Assembly (NCBI RefSeq): GCF_006345805.1
Contig: NC_043006.1
Span: 40,486,001 to 40,550,000 of the forward strand
Direction: 5' to 3'
Length of the DNA: 64,000 nt
Source of the DNA: Octopus sinensis
Lineage: Eukaryota
Both the position numbers and the translations under genes were made by a program. Shown in pieces: positions 1-48,541 of this stretch. The notes below the pieces were generated by a model that saw nothing but the letters and a program-made list of their open reading frames with translations, had not been told where the DNA came from and searched no databases. Every line of letters begins with the position of its first letter. Position 1 is the first letter of the stretch.

Positions 1-449
1 TTCCATTGGTTTGATCAACAGAACTATATGATGTGAATTTAACATGAAAGTGGTTGAGCAGTCCACAGATATGCATACTCTTAACATAGTTCTCAGGAAG
101 ATTCTGTGTGACACAGAATGTGACAAGACTGGGCCTTTGAAATACAGGTACTACTCATTTTTACTTGTTGAGTGGACTGGAGCAATGTGAAATAAAGTGT
201 CTTGCTCAAGGACACAAAGCATCACCGGGAATTGAACTCATGACCTTGTGATCGTGAGCCTAACATTCTAACCATTGAACCACGCACTTTCACAAAAGAA
301 ACTATAATCATTTATGGAATTCTAGTAGTCTTCGGTATTTTTTGTTATCGTTTAATCTGGGGAGAAACAGTGGTGCCCATAACATTTTGTGAGGACTTTG
401 AAACCTATCTTCAGAATGGTCCCACAGCCAAAATGCTTGGAACAGAATT

Positions 450-905
450 TACTTAGGTGCCTCCGCATCGAATGACATACGAAGCAGTCAAAGTACTCCA
501 GCAAGGTCGGTCAGCAACCACCCTCAGTTCATCATTCCATCGTGCATCATTCCAGTTGAAGGTCCCTGTCGATCGCCTAGTCTCAGATCATCATCCCCTG
601 TGTCGTTGCCTCTGAGGGCAACACTTAAGAACTATAAGACTGTTCGTCTATGGTTTTACAACATGTTTCAGTCAATTCATTTGGTGCTTGCAGCTGGTGA
701 TGTAAACTGGGCATTGGTCAGCTCATCTTCTGAGCTCGTTCCTAATAAAGTATTCCTGTTTCGTACCTAGTATTTTCAGGAGGCATCTCCAATCAAAAGC
801 ATCCAGTTTTTCCTTGGTTGGTGTTCAGGTGCCATGGTTGGTGCTCACAGACATATAGAAGAATAGGATGCAACAGCATAAAACCCTGCTAAATGCACTC
901 ACCAT
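450..905 (-). mobile_element. Decayed RTE-clade LINE 3' end
   Basis: Minus translation KLDAFDWRCLLKILG...ADRPCW... with stops and frameshifts, resembling the RTE ORF C-terminus. Confidence 0.6.
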
Positions 906-991
906 AAGTAAGATGGTGATGTTAAACTTATCAATGATTTAAGCCCACTAGCCACGCATGATCTTAACATAGTCTCTTGTTTTTAATTTAG

Positions 992-37105
<36,114 letters not shown>

Positions 37106-37220
37106 TTGATTTATCTTCTGCTTCTTCCTGGACTAACTAATTGCTCTGAACATTGGGTTATCAGCCAGCAATTGCAAACATTCACGAAATTTCAAGCTTG
37201 TAATCAATAATATTTTTAGA

Positions 37221-37226
37221 AATAAA
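37221..37226 (+). terminator. Candidate polyadenylation signal of the SRCR gene
   Basis: First AATAAA after the stop at 37103-37105. Confidence 0.5.
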
Positions 37227-37311
37227 GATAAATACAGGAAACAACTGAAAGTGTAAAATCTAAATATTCATATACTTTTCATGTGTGTATATACATAAAT
37301 ATATATATATA

Positions 37312-37374
<63 letters not shown>

Positions 37375-37432
37375 ATATATATATATATATGTATATATAT
37401 ATAATATATATATGTATGCATATGTGTGTGTT

Positions 37433-37478
<46 letters not shown>

Positions 37479-37540
37479 ATATAATATATATATATATATA
37501 CACACACAAACACACACATTTGCATACATATATATGTATG

Positions 37541-37579
<39 letters not shown>

Positions 37580-38022
37580 CCCTCCATGTTTGTTTTCATT
37601 CAGTTTCCTTGTACATCTCCACTGTCCTGTTTTTGTTCCCAACTTTGACCCTCCAAAAATCCCAAATTTTATTTTGGTATTTGTGGAAGCAACTGCCTTT
37701 GAAGACTCATCTTGTCGTTCAATGCTCGAAATGAGGAGTAGATAGACAGCTGACAACTGATGAAAGGTCGTTCTTTATGTTACTTCTCCTGTTTTCCATT
37801 TCTTTCTCTCGTTGTTTGCATATTGAACTCATTTGCTTTCGTATTTCATGTTGTTTACTGTTTATGACATCCTGTATCCATATATGCATATATATATATA
37901 TGTATATATATATGTATGTATATATATATATATATGTATATATGAATGTATGTATGTATGTATGTATGTATATAGATATGTATGTATGTATATGTGTGTA
38001 TATGTGTGTGTGTGTATATATT

Positions 38023-38066
<44 letters not shown>

Positions 38067-38251
38067 GTATGTATGTGTGTGTGTATGTATGTATGTATGT
38101 ATGTATGTATATGTATGTATTTAATTTGATTGCAGTCAGAAACAAACGTTGGTTTCTTGAATACTTGCTATTTACATGTATCTAGATATATATATGAGCA
38201 TAAAAAATTAATGTGTCTGTGTACATGTGCATAGGTGTGTGACTGTATGTA

Positions 38252-38339
<88 letters not shown>

Positions 38340-39470
38340 GCATGTGTAGAGATGTATAGAGACTCATGCGTGTGTGTGTTACTCTTTTGTGCTACTGGTA
38401 ACATGTAACCAGTACAACCTGTTTCCTGGTCAGGTCATTGGCAACTAAACCAACAGCACCACTAAGCCTGTTTAGCAAGTAAGAAGACTTTTAGACAAAC
38501 TGCAGGATGAAAAGCACGACCCATTGAAGAGCAGATGAATTCAGAAGAATGAACAGCTATCCAATTACATGATATGTGTTTTGTGTGTGTGTGTGCACAA
38601 GGAATTAGAAATTTATGATTTGATACCTATGCGCACATTTAGCCTATAAAGGTGTTTTTAGCTCTGAACTGCGGCAAAGGTAACTTATCCAGAAGATGAA
38701 AAACAGATGCAAAGTTTTTCTACTCTAAGCACAAAGCCCAAAATTTTGCGGGAGGGGGGCCAATCGATTAGATCGACCCCAGTACACAACTGGTACTTAA
38801 TTTATCGATCCTGAAAAGATGAAAGGCAAAGTCGACCTCAACGGAATTTGAACTCAGAACGTAAAGACAGATGAAATACCAATTTCTTTACTACCCACAA
38901 GGGGATAAACACAGAGGGAACAAACAAGGACAGACAAACGGATTAAGTCGGTTATATCGACCCCAGTGCATAACTGGTACTTATTTAATCGACCCCGAAA
39001 GGTTGAAAGGCAAAGTCGACCTCGGCAGAATTTGAACTCAGAACGTTACGGCAGACGAAATACCGCTAAGCATTTCACCCGGCGTGCTAATGATTCTGCT
39101 AGCTTGCCGCCCTCTGAAAATCTGATACAAATGCCTGAGGTATGTTGTTCAATGAGGTTTTGAGGAAACATATGCACCAAGTTTCTGATCTCCGTATTTC
39201 CAAAGTGTGTGGCTGATTCTACACAGGCTTTCAAAACTGAAAACAATGCATCTGTTTGGGTATTCTAACAGCTGACTGTTGGATCCTCATACATCAAAAT
39301 CGATGAGGAGTGGAATCTATTAAGATAGATACATAAATAGATTGACAGATATTACACACACACAAACACACATGCGCACACACACAGGTGTATTCATCAC
39401 AAATGTCCGACGAACAGGAACGTGAAAATCTGAATAACACTTCTGTGATAATTTTGCAACTTTAATAAAA

Positions 39471-39511
<41 letters not shown>

Positions 39512-39849
39512 TGTGTAATAAAATCCAATGATCTAAGTGTAGGAAGTTTGTAAGCTTTGAATTGTCTGTGGTAAGTATAAAAAACAATGTTATATATAAA
39601 TATATATATACATATATATATATATATGTACATACGTACATACATACACACAAACACAGTGTGTGTTTGTGTATTCGTTACTTTTTTGCACGCCTATTGG
39701 GTGAAAAAGAATGTCAATGAGCTATTTGATGCTGCTATGAGGAGCCATGATGGAACAGAGATAGTGGATGTGGCTGACCTTTACATCCTACATATACTTA
39801 ACATTGAAATAAAAGATGCTAACATATATTATAAATAGATGACAAGTTT

Positions 39850-40900
39850 GGAGCAGTACATTACACGAATAAAATAAGGAAAAATGTATGTAAGACACTA
39901 AGTCAACTCAAACTGCAAATCTCACTTGGTACTAATCTTAAAGAAGTTAGTTTCCTTGGTATTAATATGAGCCTTAGAGCAAACAAGTATAAACTTTTTC
40001 AGGAACCTAATGAAGATAACTCTTACATTGATAGAGACTCTAACCATCCTCTATCGATCATTAAACAATTAGGTTATAGCATAAGCAGGCATGTTTCCAA
40101 TCTATCCTCTAATGAAGTAATCTTCAAAAAAGACAGCCCCGTGCGACAACACCATATTAGAAAGATCTAATTTTGAGAACAATATGTATTATATCGAACC
40201 AGACTTATATAGGTCAGAAAGACGTAGTCATAGAAAAATTTCATGGCATAACCCTCCATACAACACGAACATGGTTACAAACATAGGCAATTTCTGAAAT
40301 TTATTGATATCCACTTTCCATGTCCACATAAATACCACTAGATCTTGAATAGAAATACAGTTAGAGTTAGCTATAGCTTCCTCCTCAATAAAGGATCCAT
40401 GATCTTTAATAACAATAAAAAGAACAACATTAGAAACATTCCACATAAATCTTGTAGCTGTAGATTCACTGTTAATTGTCCCCTTAATATTAAGAGCCAG
40501 GAAAAAGAACTGGTTTATAAGACTAATATCAATGATATAGACAGGATCACAGAAGACTGGAAATGTCCTCCAGAAAAGATACATGCAGTACTTAACCTCA
40601 TTCAGAGACAAGAATAAAAGACATGCAGCTTCTTTGTCTAAAATGGTATGGAGCCTTAAAGATATCAATGAGGTCAACTCCCAAATAAACAGGGGCATCA
40701 TAGTCAAAGTCAGTAAATATGAGGGACAAGACAAGATGCAATTCCTGTATTACGGAGAAATTACATATAATTTCAACAATGGACATTTTGAATTCTTGTT
40801 GCAAAATAATAATGCTGAATATTTAGTCTTGTTGCATAATCATAAGAATGATATAACTCTAAATATTTTTTGCAAGCCACAGAACAATAATTTGGCAAAT
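39850..40900 (+). mobile_element. Decayed Penelope-like element (RT C-terminus/linker region)
   Basis: YIDRDSNHPLSIIKQL...LSSNEVIF, RKISWHNPPYNTNMVTNIG, LNRNTVRVSYS, CSCRFTVNCPL with stops and frameshifts. Confidence 0.8.
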
Positions 40901-41281
40901 ACCCCCAGAACTCCTTTATTCTCAAGTCCTTGACTCTTATCTTAGATCAAAATGATCATGGAAAGCCAAATGAACTCTGATATTCATCTGGAGATAATAT
41001 ATCATGAATGTACTGTGTTAAAAAACACAAAATATATCAGTAGCAGACAAAATTCGTCCAGTAGCAATGGTGAGAATGCTGGATGCACATTTCTGCCCCT
41101 TGAGGCTTTATCAGCATCATGTACCAACTGGCAACTCTATGCAATGACAAAATCCATCACCACTGATAAAGGGAAAAAGTGTTAAAAAAAAATCAATGAT
41201 GTTGCAACTAGCTGGCCTGTTGATTAAAAATTTGTTATGTGCAACAGAAGCATTATCAGGTAATAATGCAAGCATCATAGG

Positions 41282-41313
<32 letters not shown>

Positions 41314-41344
41314 CAGATCAACAGACAGACAGATAGATAGATAC

Positions 41345-41562
41345 ACAAGGGAGTGCTGAAAAGTTCCTGGCCTTAAGAGTATCGTGAAAGGTCTAGTTGG
41401 AGGCTTAACCTTCTAAGTTCTTTTATGGGGCATAGAAAAGCTGAAGGGCCACTGCAATAGTGTGTGAATCTCAGAGGGGAATAAGTTGGATAAAATCATG
41501 ATTAACTGATCCTCCTGTATTTTCTGTTACCCAAAGACAGGAACTTTTTAAGACCTTCATGT
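41345..41562 (+). mobile_element. mariner-derived MITE; second copy at ~52501-52705
   Basis: Imperfect TIR GTGCTGAAAAGTTCCTGG / CAGGAACTTTTTAAGAC; internal remnant of the mariner C-terminus (GLEKLKDHCNKCVNLKGKYVE* in the 52.5-kb copy). Confidence 0.7.
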
Positions 41563-42002
41563 GTATATGTATATATATATATATATATATATTATATATT
41601 GGCTGTGTGGTAAGAAGCTTGCTTCCCAACCACATGGTTCCTGGCTCAGTCCCTCTGCATGGTACCTTGGGCAAGTGTCTTCTACTAAAACCTCTGGCCA
41701 GCCAAAGCCTCATGAGTGGATTAGGGGGATGAAAACTGCAAGAAGCTCTGTGTGTATATATATATGTATATACATATTTGTGTGTGTGTACCTTTGAGCC
41801 TGTGTTTGTCCTACCACCATTGCTTGACAACCGATGTTGGTGTGCTCATGTCCCCATAACTTAGCAGTTCACCAAAAGAGACCGATAGAACAAGTACTAG
41901 GGTTACAAATAATTAGTCCTCAGTTCAATTTGTTTGACTAAAGGTGGTGCTCCAGCATGGCCACAGTCAAATGACAGAAACAAGTAAAAGAGTTTATATA
42001 TA

Positions 42003-42072
<70 letters not shown>

Positions 42073-42894
42073 GTATGTATATACACAATATACACATACA
42101 TGGTGGTTGTCTACTCCTTATGCAGAGTTTGACCACCTCCTGTACCTACACCTTAGAACCATCATGGCATCTGATGTGGCTTTTTAAACCAGACGATGTG
42201 TTTTGAAAAGACACCTACATAGATTGCATATCCAATTTGGGCCACCAAGAGCTGCAGAAAAGTTCTGATCTTTATGGATCTTGAAATGTCTTTTGAGACC
42301 TCCGTTAGATGTGCAATCCTTCTGCCATACATTGCATTGAAATGTTTGCACAAACATAGAGTCAAAATAGTTAGGGGAGGTTCATTTTCTATAGGGCTTC
42401 CACACAGTTTCTATCTACCAAATTCACTCACAAGATAATTGGCCCACCTGAGGCTATAAAAGACATTTGCCCAAGGTGGTACATAATAAAGCAAAACTTG
42501 AAAACATGTAATTGCAAAGTGAGCTTCTTAACTCCATAGTCACTCACCCATTCATAAATTCATGACAATAAATTCACATCAGTATGAGAAGTCAACAAAT
42601 GCTCTCTAGTAATCAATAATTTTTGGATTTTTTAAAAAATTGTAAAATATATTTAATTCTTAAAAAGTTACAAAATAATAATAAAATCTCTTTATTGGTT
42701 TTATAATGCATCCAGTGCTTTCTGTACAATGGTTGAGATCCACAGAAACCAAGCCAAATGGCAAATATGAGCACCAGCCTAGAAGTGCAGTGAGTCCGGT
42801 TAAGAAATGACTCAGACTTTGATGACTCGTCTTTGATGCCAGCATGAAAAACAAGCATAAAATGATTATGATAATGGTGTCTGAGTAAAAATCT

Positions 42895-42957
42895 ATGTGT
42901 GTGTGTATATATATATGTATGTATATTATATATAATATATATTATATATATATATAT

Positions 42958-42991
<34 letters not shown>

Positions 42992-43123
42992 GATATATGT
43001 ATAATATATATGTATATATATATATGTATATATATATATGTATATATATATGTATATATATGTATATTATATATATATATGTATATATATATATATGTAT
43101 ATATATATATTATATATATAATG

Positions 43124-43155
<32 letters not shown>

Positions 43156-43208
43156 ATATATATATGTATATATATATATATATAATATATATATAATATA
43201 TATGTATA

Positions 43209-43271
<63 letters not shown>

Positions 43272-43278
43272 GTATATA
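42895..43278. repeat. Long interrupted (TA)n tract, one of dozens of TA/CA/CATA/GATA microsatellites
   Basis: Visible directly. Confidence 0.95.
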
Positions 43279-43849
43279 AAGAATAAAAAGTTTTGAATGG
43301 TACAACAATGCACTATAATACAGACAATGGGCTATATACCTGTTGTAATTTAGTTCTTCTATATATATATATATGTATGTATAATCAAAATAAGCAACAA
43401 GGATAGCCAGCGGTAATGCAATACGGTTGTTTCAAATTGAAAATGTCCCCATAAAAGCAAAAAAAAATCAATGACAGGCAGAGACTGTAACAATACATAT
43501 CTTCTTGAAAACTTAGTAACTTCTATGCTGGAGTGAAACAGCATGTTTTTTCTCTGTCTCCTTAACTTCTTGGAGATGTTAGGTAAAATTTTACTAATGT
43601 GTCCATCTGTTCTAATTTGATTATGTCTTTGTGCAGCTGCAGATTGCTCTGCATTTTAAATTGATGCAATGATTGTCTTGTTCAATTAAATGGAGTTGCA
43701 TGAAACGATCATACTACATTACCTCTGGATATCCTTGTTGCTTATTTTGATATTAATCACCTTACTTTGAAATTGCATGGATAATAGCGTACTAAATTCT
43801 GGTGTATCAACTTAAGTGCCATATTTATCTGAATATATGTATATATATA

Positions 43850-43932
<83 letters not shown>

Positions 43933-43950
43933 ATACATATATATATACAC

Positions 43951-43989
<39 letters not shown>

Positions 43990-44232
43990 ATACATATATA
44001 CATATATATATATATATACATGCATACACACACACACACATATATATATGTATATATGTATGAATGTATATATATATATATTGCCGGGTCATAGTGCTAG
44101 TTGGTATAAATTTGTTAAATTAAAAATTTGGGGTAATAAAACATATAATGACATATTAAAAAGACAAATTAAAATTCCAAAGAAAAATACATAGAAGATA
44201 AATATACAAATTAAAAAAAATACATAAAAGTT

Positions 44233-44314
44233 CATCTACGGGCCGTTTCGGAGATGCACCAATTAATATGAAACATATCATATAATTAAAATTGACACTC
44301 CCCTCGTCAGGATG
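44233..44314 (-). ncRNA. Type I hammerhead ribozyme motif, intergenic
   Basis: Minus reads CATC-CTGACGA-GGGGAGTGTCAATT...AATTGGTGCATCTCC-GAAA-CG(GCC)CG-TA-GATG; stem II differences are G:U-compatible on this strand. Confidence 0.8.
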
Positions 44315-45047
44315 TTTTTTGCACACAACATCTAGTACATGGAAACAAATGCACAATTACATACCTGCTACATGCGAAAGACCAGACATTACGTACTCCC
44401 AAAAGTTCTCATAGATACTGAATGCTACTTTATAAGCATATAATTCAATCTAGCAGCTATAGTAAATGGTATGCGCACAGCTCCATCTGGACTAATTCAC
44501 TTCTGCACTCAAATTTTTCATCTTTTAATTTCTCCCATTCATGCAAAGCCACATATTCGAGTTCAAATCCTTGATACATTTTATACTAATTGCTATTTTT
44601 TCTTTTAATTGTTATATTACAATTTAATTACCATTTTAATAAAATAAAATATATTTAATTACTACTTACTATATTTACTACATTTAATTCAATTGTTATT
44701 ATTACCTCTAACTTTTATTGCAATTTTTATTTCTAAATTTCTTATGGAACGTCGAGTGGATCTTATGCATACAATATATTTTTATATGATGTTTATATAT
44801 TTATATATTACTATATATTTCTAAACGTCAGGCTCTATGTCTGTTCTGTAGATATAAATGAATATATGAATATATGTATGTATCTGATCTTTCTGTGGAT
44901 TTTGTAGTGCTCTTGTAGTTGCTGCTCGCATTGCCTCTCCTTGGATTAAAAAGTGTATACAGCTCATTTGAGCACTACTATTCCAGTCTGTTATATATTT
45001 TGAACATTGTTGTCACTAACGATCTCAAGATATAACTTTATATTTTG

Positions 45048-45096
<49 letters not shown>

Positions 45097-45106
45097 ATAT
45101 ATATAA

Positions 45107-45284
45107 TATAATTCGAGACAAAACCACTATTTTGCAAAACAAACAAGGAAAGACTTAATCAATACATAAAAATTTGTAGTGGCGATTGTAGTGGCGGTTT
45201 ATTTCTTTATATTAAAAATTTTTATGTATTGATTAAGTCTTTCCTTGTTTGTTTTGCAAAATAGTGGTTTTGTCTCGAATTATA
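45107..45284. repeat. Perfect ~70-bp inverted repeat adjacent to (TA)n
   Basis: ATAATTCGAGACAAAACCACT...ATACATAAAAATTT and its exact reverse complement. Confidence 0.92.
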
Positions 45285-46356
45285 TTATATAATATTTTAC
45301 TATAAAATTGGATTTAATCCTAAATCTGATTTTTCCCTGTAAATTTGGATTTATTCCCTAATATTTATTATTATTATATATATATATATATATACATATA
45401 CATCCATATACATACAATAGAGAGATGTTTTTGTTTCACTTTTAACACGTAATACTGAAATAGTGGAGAAGATATGATATTGCTGTGGGCTCGCTCTAGG
45501 CAAGAAGTTAAACATTTTTTTTGCCCATGACAGTACATGGACCCTAAGTAAGGCATGTGTAAAATTTGAATGAAATTGGTTGTGTAGTTCTCAAGTTTTA
45601 GGGAAACACACAGACAGACAGACACACATTCTCAGTTTTATATATATAGAGATATATATACTTGCCAACAGAATGTGGTTGTCTTATAATGGACGATGTT
45701 ACTGCTGTTCAAGCCCCAGACTGTGTGTCAATAACCAGGCTGGAAAAGATATTTTCCGGGAGCTTAAACAACAGTAACATCGTCCTTTAAAGGACTGCTA
45801 CATTCTGCTGGAAAATAAACTTTACTATTCGGTACTGTTACTGTATATCTCTCGGTGAGAGATTTAAAACAAGTTTTATATATATACAGACTGAAAGATA
45901 ATTTCCTCACTTGGAAACAGGCATAGGTTGGAATTAGAAAGAGCATCCAGCTGTTAAAACTCTGTTTCTGGTTACTCTCATCTGACTCATGCAAGCATAA
46001 AAAGGTAGACATTTGAATAAAGTCAATCGTATATGTATGTGATCGTGTATATACATATATATGTATGTGTGTGTGTGTGTATATATCTATATATCTATAT
46101 CTATCTATTTATATATATATATGTATTTATTTATATTTATATTTATATTTATATTTATATATATATATATAATATATATATATATGTATGTATATATATA
46201 TGTGTGTGTGTGTGTGTGCGTATGTGTATATATATGTATAAATACATAAATTGCTTATACACTATTATATGAAAATATGTTGTCTATTGATTTATTACAC
46301 ATGCCAGCCACCGGTATGAAAATATATATATATATATATGTATGTATATATGTATG

Positions 46357-46442
<86 letters not shown>

Positions 46443-46832
46443 TATGTATGTTATTCTTCAGTTTTATTTCAAGATCTCTTGTCAATAGAGAAAGAGCTGG
46501 TTTCCAATCTAGCTCCAAGCCCTTCTTCTTTGGAATTTCATCATGAACAGGATATTTGTCCCAAGTTTGTGTGTAGCATTGTGCATATGCTGCATAACTA
46601 GACGTGGGCATATATACTCAAATACTGACCATCTGGTAAGTCTTACAAATTTTGCCAGTTCCATTGATGGCTTGAATGTGTGTGTATATATGTATATAAG
46701 TATGTTATGGAAACAATGATGAAAGATCAATAAAGCCAGTTTTCTCTCTTGATGGTAGTAACCAACAGTAATACTGAAGTGGTTCCAAAGTTTTTCAAAA
46801 TATGACCTTGAGGTGGGCAGGAAAACAGTACC

Positions 46833-46910
46833 TCACTTCTTCACTTCTGCATAATGAGATTCGTTACCAAGAGATGCTTTTACCACATTCAAGCAGTATG
46901 TGTACAATGT
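46833..46910 (-). CDS. PTP terminal coding exon (TLYTYCLNVVKASLGNESHYAEVKK-stop)
   Basis: ctattttcag| acceptor, phase 0; resembles the RPTP tail QY.FCY......Y.N. Confidence 0.85.
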   Translation of the reverse strand, partial: TLYTYCLNVVKASLGNESHYAEVKK

Positions 46911-47136
46911 CTGAAAATAGAGAGATAAATGTATATATCAGATTATTGCTATCATATGTTATCACATGTTTGTGTGTGTGAGTATATATATGTGTGTGTG
47001 TGTGTGTTGTGTGTGTATATGTATATATGCATATTTGTATGTATATACATATATACATATTTTCCTGCCCACCTCAAGGTCATGTACTTGTACCATGTCT
47101 TCACGTTGTTTTTCCTTGCTTGTTCATCTTTGGATT

Positions 47137-47185
<49 letters not shown>

Positions 47186-48510
47186 TAGATATTGTGTGGG
47201 GACCAGCATGTCAAAGAATAAACCCAACATTTCTTCTGCATGTCATAAAAGATGACTAGAAGAAGTTGAGGTACGATTTGCAATCTGACCTTGAAAAACC
47301 CTCATGAGACCCATACTGGCCCATCGGCTGGAGATTTGTTGCCTGAGGGGTACAGAGGCATCATCTACCAGGAGTAGTAGGGGGTAACCAAGAAATGGTA
47401 GCAGTGACATGCTGTTACAGTACATGCCCCTATGCTGTTACTGCTACTACTGCTGATCAAGTAGATGGAGCTCCACATCAATGAAGGGGGCCAGTATGTT
47501 TTAAAGTCACAGTCTCACCATGATGACCCCTGAAACCTAATGGCATCCAGTCTGCAAAGCTTTCAACTGACAGCACTTGTACAAGGAAGCTGCTTACAAG
47601 TTTCTAGTCTCACTAAGTAAAACCTAGACCCACGTGGGGATGTTAAAAGGGTGATGCATTAATCCCATCACTTAATGTTAGAGTTATACTTTAACATCAC
47701 GAATAAGGATAATCCAGTATAAATCAGTATACAGTAATCCCTCAGCTATCATAGGTGTTATGTTCCAAAACTGTGATAGGTGAAAATCCGTTATGTAGAA
47801 ACAGTACTATACTGAATTTTTTTAATTACTATTTTTATAATTTGTATATATTTTTGAACCTTGGGAGGGTCATTATGCCAGTAATAATAAACACACGCAC
47901 TGGTTCAGTCCTTTATTGTTATTGTTATTTTGATTTTTAGACAGCAGAACATAATGTTCTTCCACGTCTTGCTAGCTTGGTTGGAGCTTATCACACTGAC
48001 ACTGATGGCTGTCCCATGGACTTGAATATATAGATTCTCATTGAATTTAATGTATATATTTATTTTATTATAAATGTAAAACAACACCACAGAGGAATTG
48101 GTGTAAGCTTAAATAATAAACCACGATAGGTGAACCGTGATAGTTGAACCACAATGGGTGAACTGCAATAGGTGAACTGCGGTGGGTGAACCGCATTATG
48201 GTGAGGGATTACTGTAATCCTCTAAGATTCTGGTAAAATAATGCAACAAAATAAAATCAGATAAAAAATAACAAAAGAAATAAAATAAAATGTATCAGAT
48301 TTCAAAGAGTTATTTCTTACCGGGTCTGTTAAAATTAGGGGTTGAGATTTCTTCATCTGTCGCAAAAGTCGAGCAATATTGATACAGGATTCTTCAGCCT
48401 TGACCATATTTATTGTAGAATAAATGGCACAGAACAGACCACTCTCAAAATAACCACACCTATAAAGCAAAGAAATAGGCTATGAATGGTGTGTTGCTGT
48501 CATTGTTGCT

Positions 48511-48541
<31 letters not shown>

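Noticed and set aside
42613-43308. Long YIYI/HTHT/CVCV ORFs (also 49482-50309, 34504-35076 and many more)
   Set aside because: Translations of TA/CA microsatellites that lack stops by composition
46474-46635. Plus-strand segment with acceptor- and donor-like sites; overlapping minus ORF 46255-46611
   Set aside because: Stops in all three plus frames; the minus ORF has no compatible acceptor or recognisable homology; most simply PTP 3' UTR
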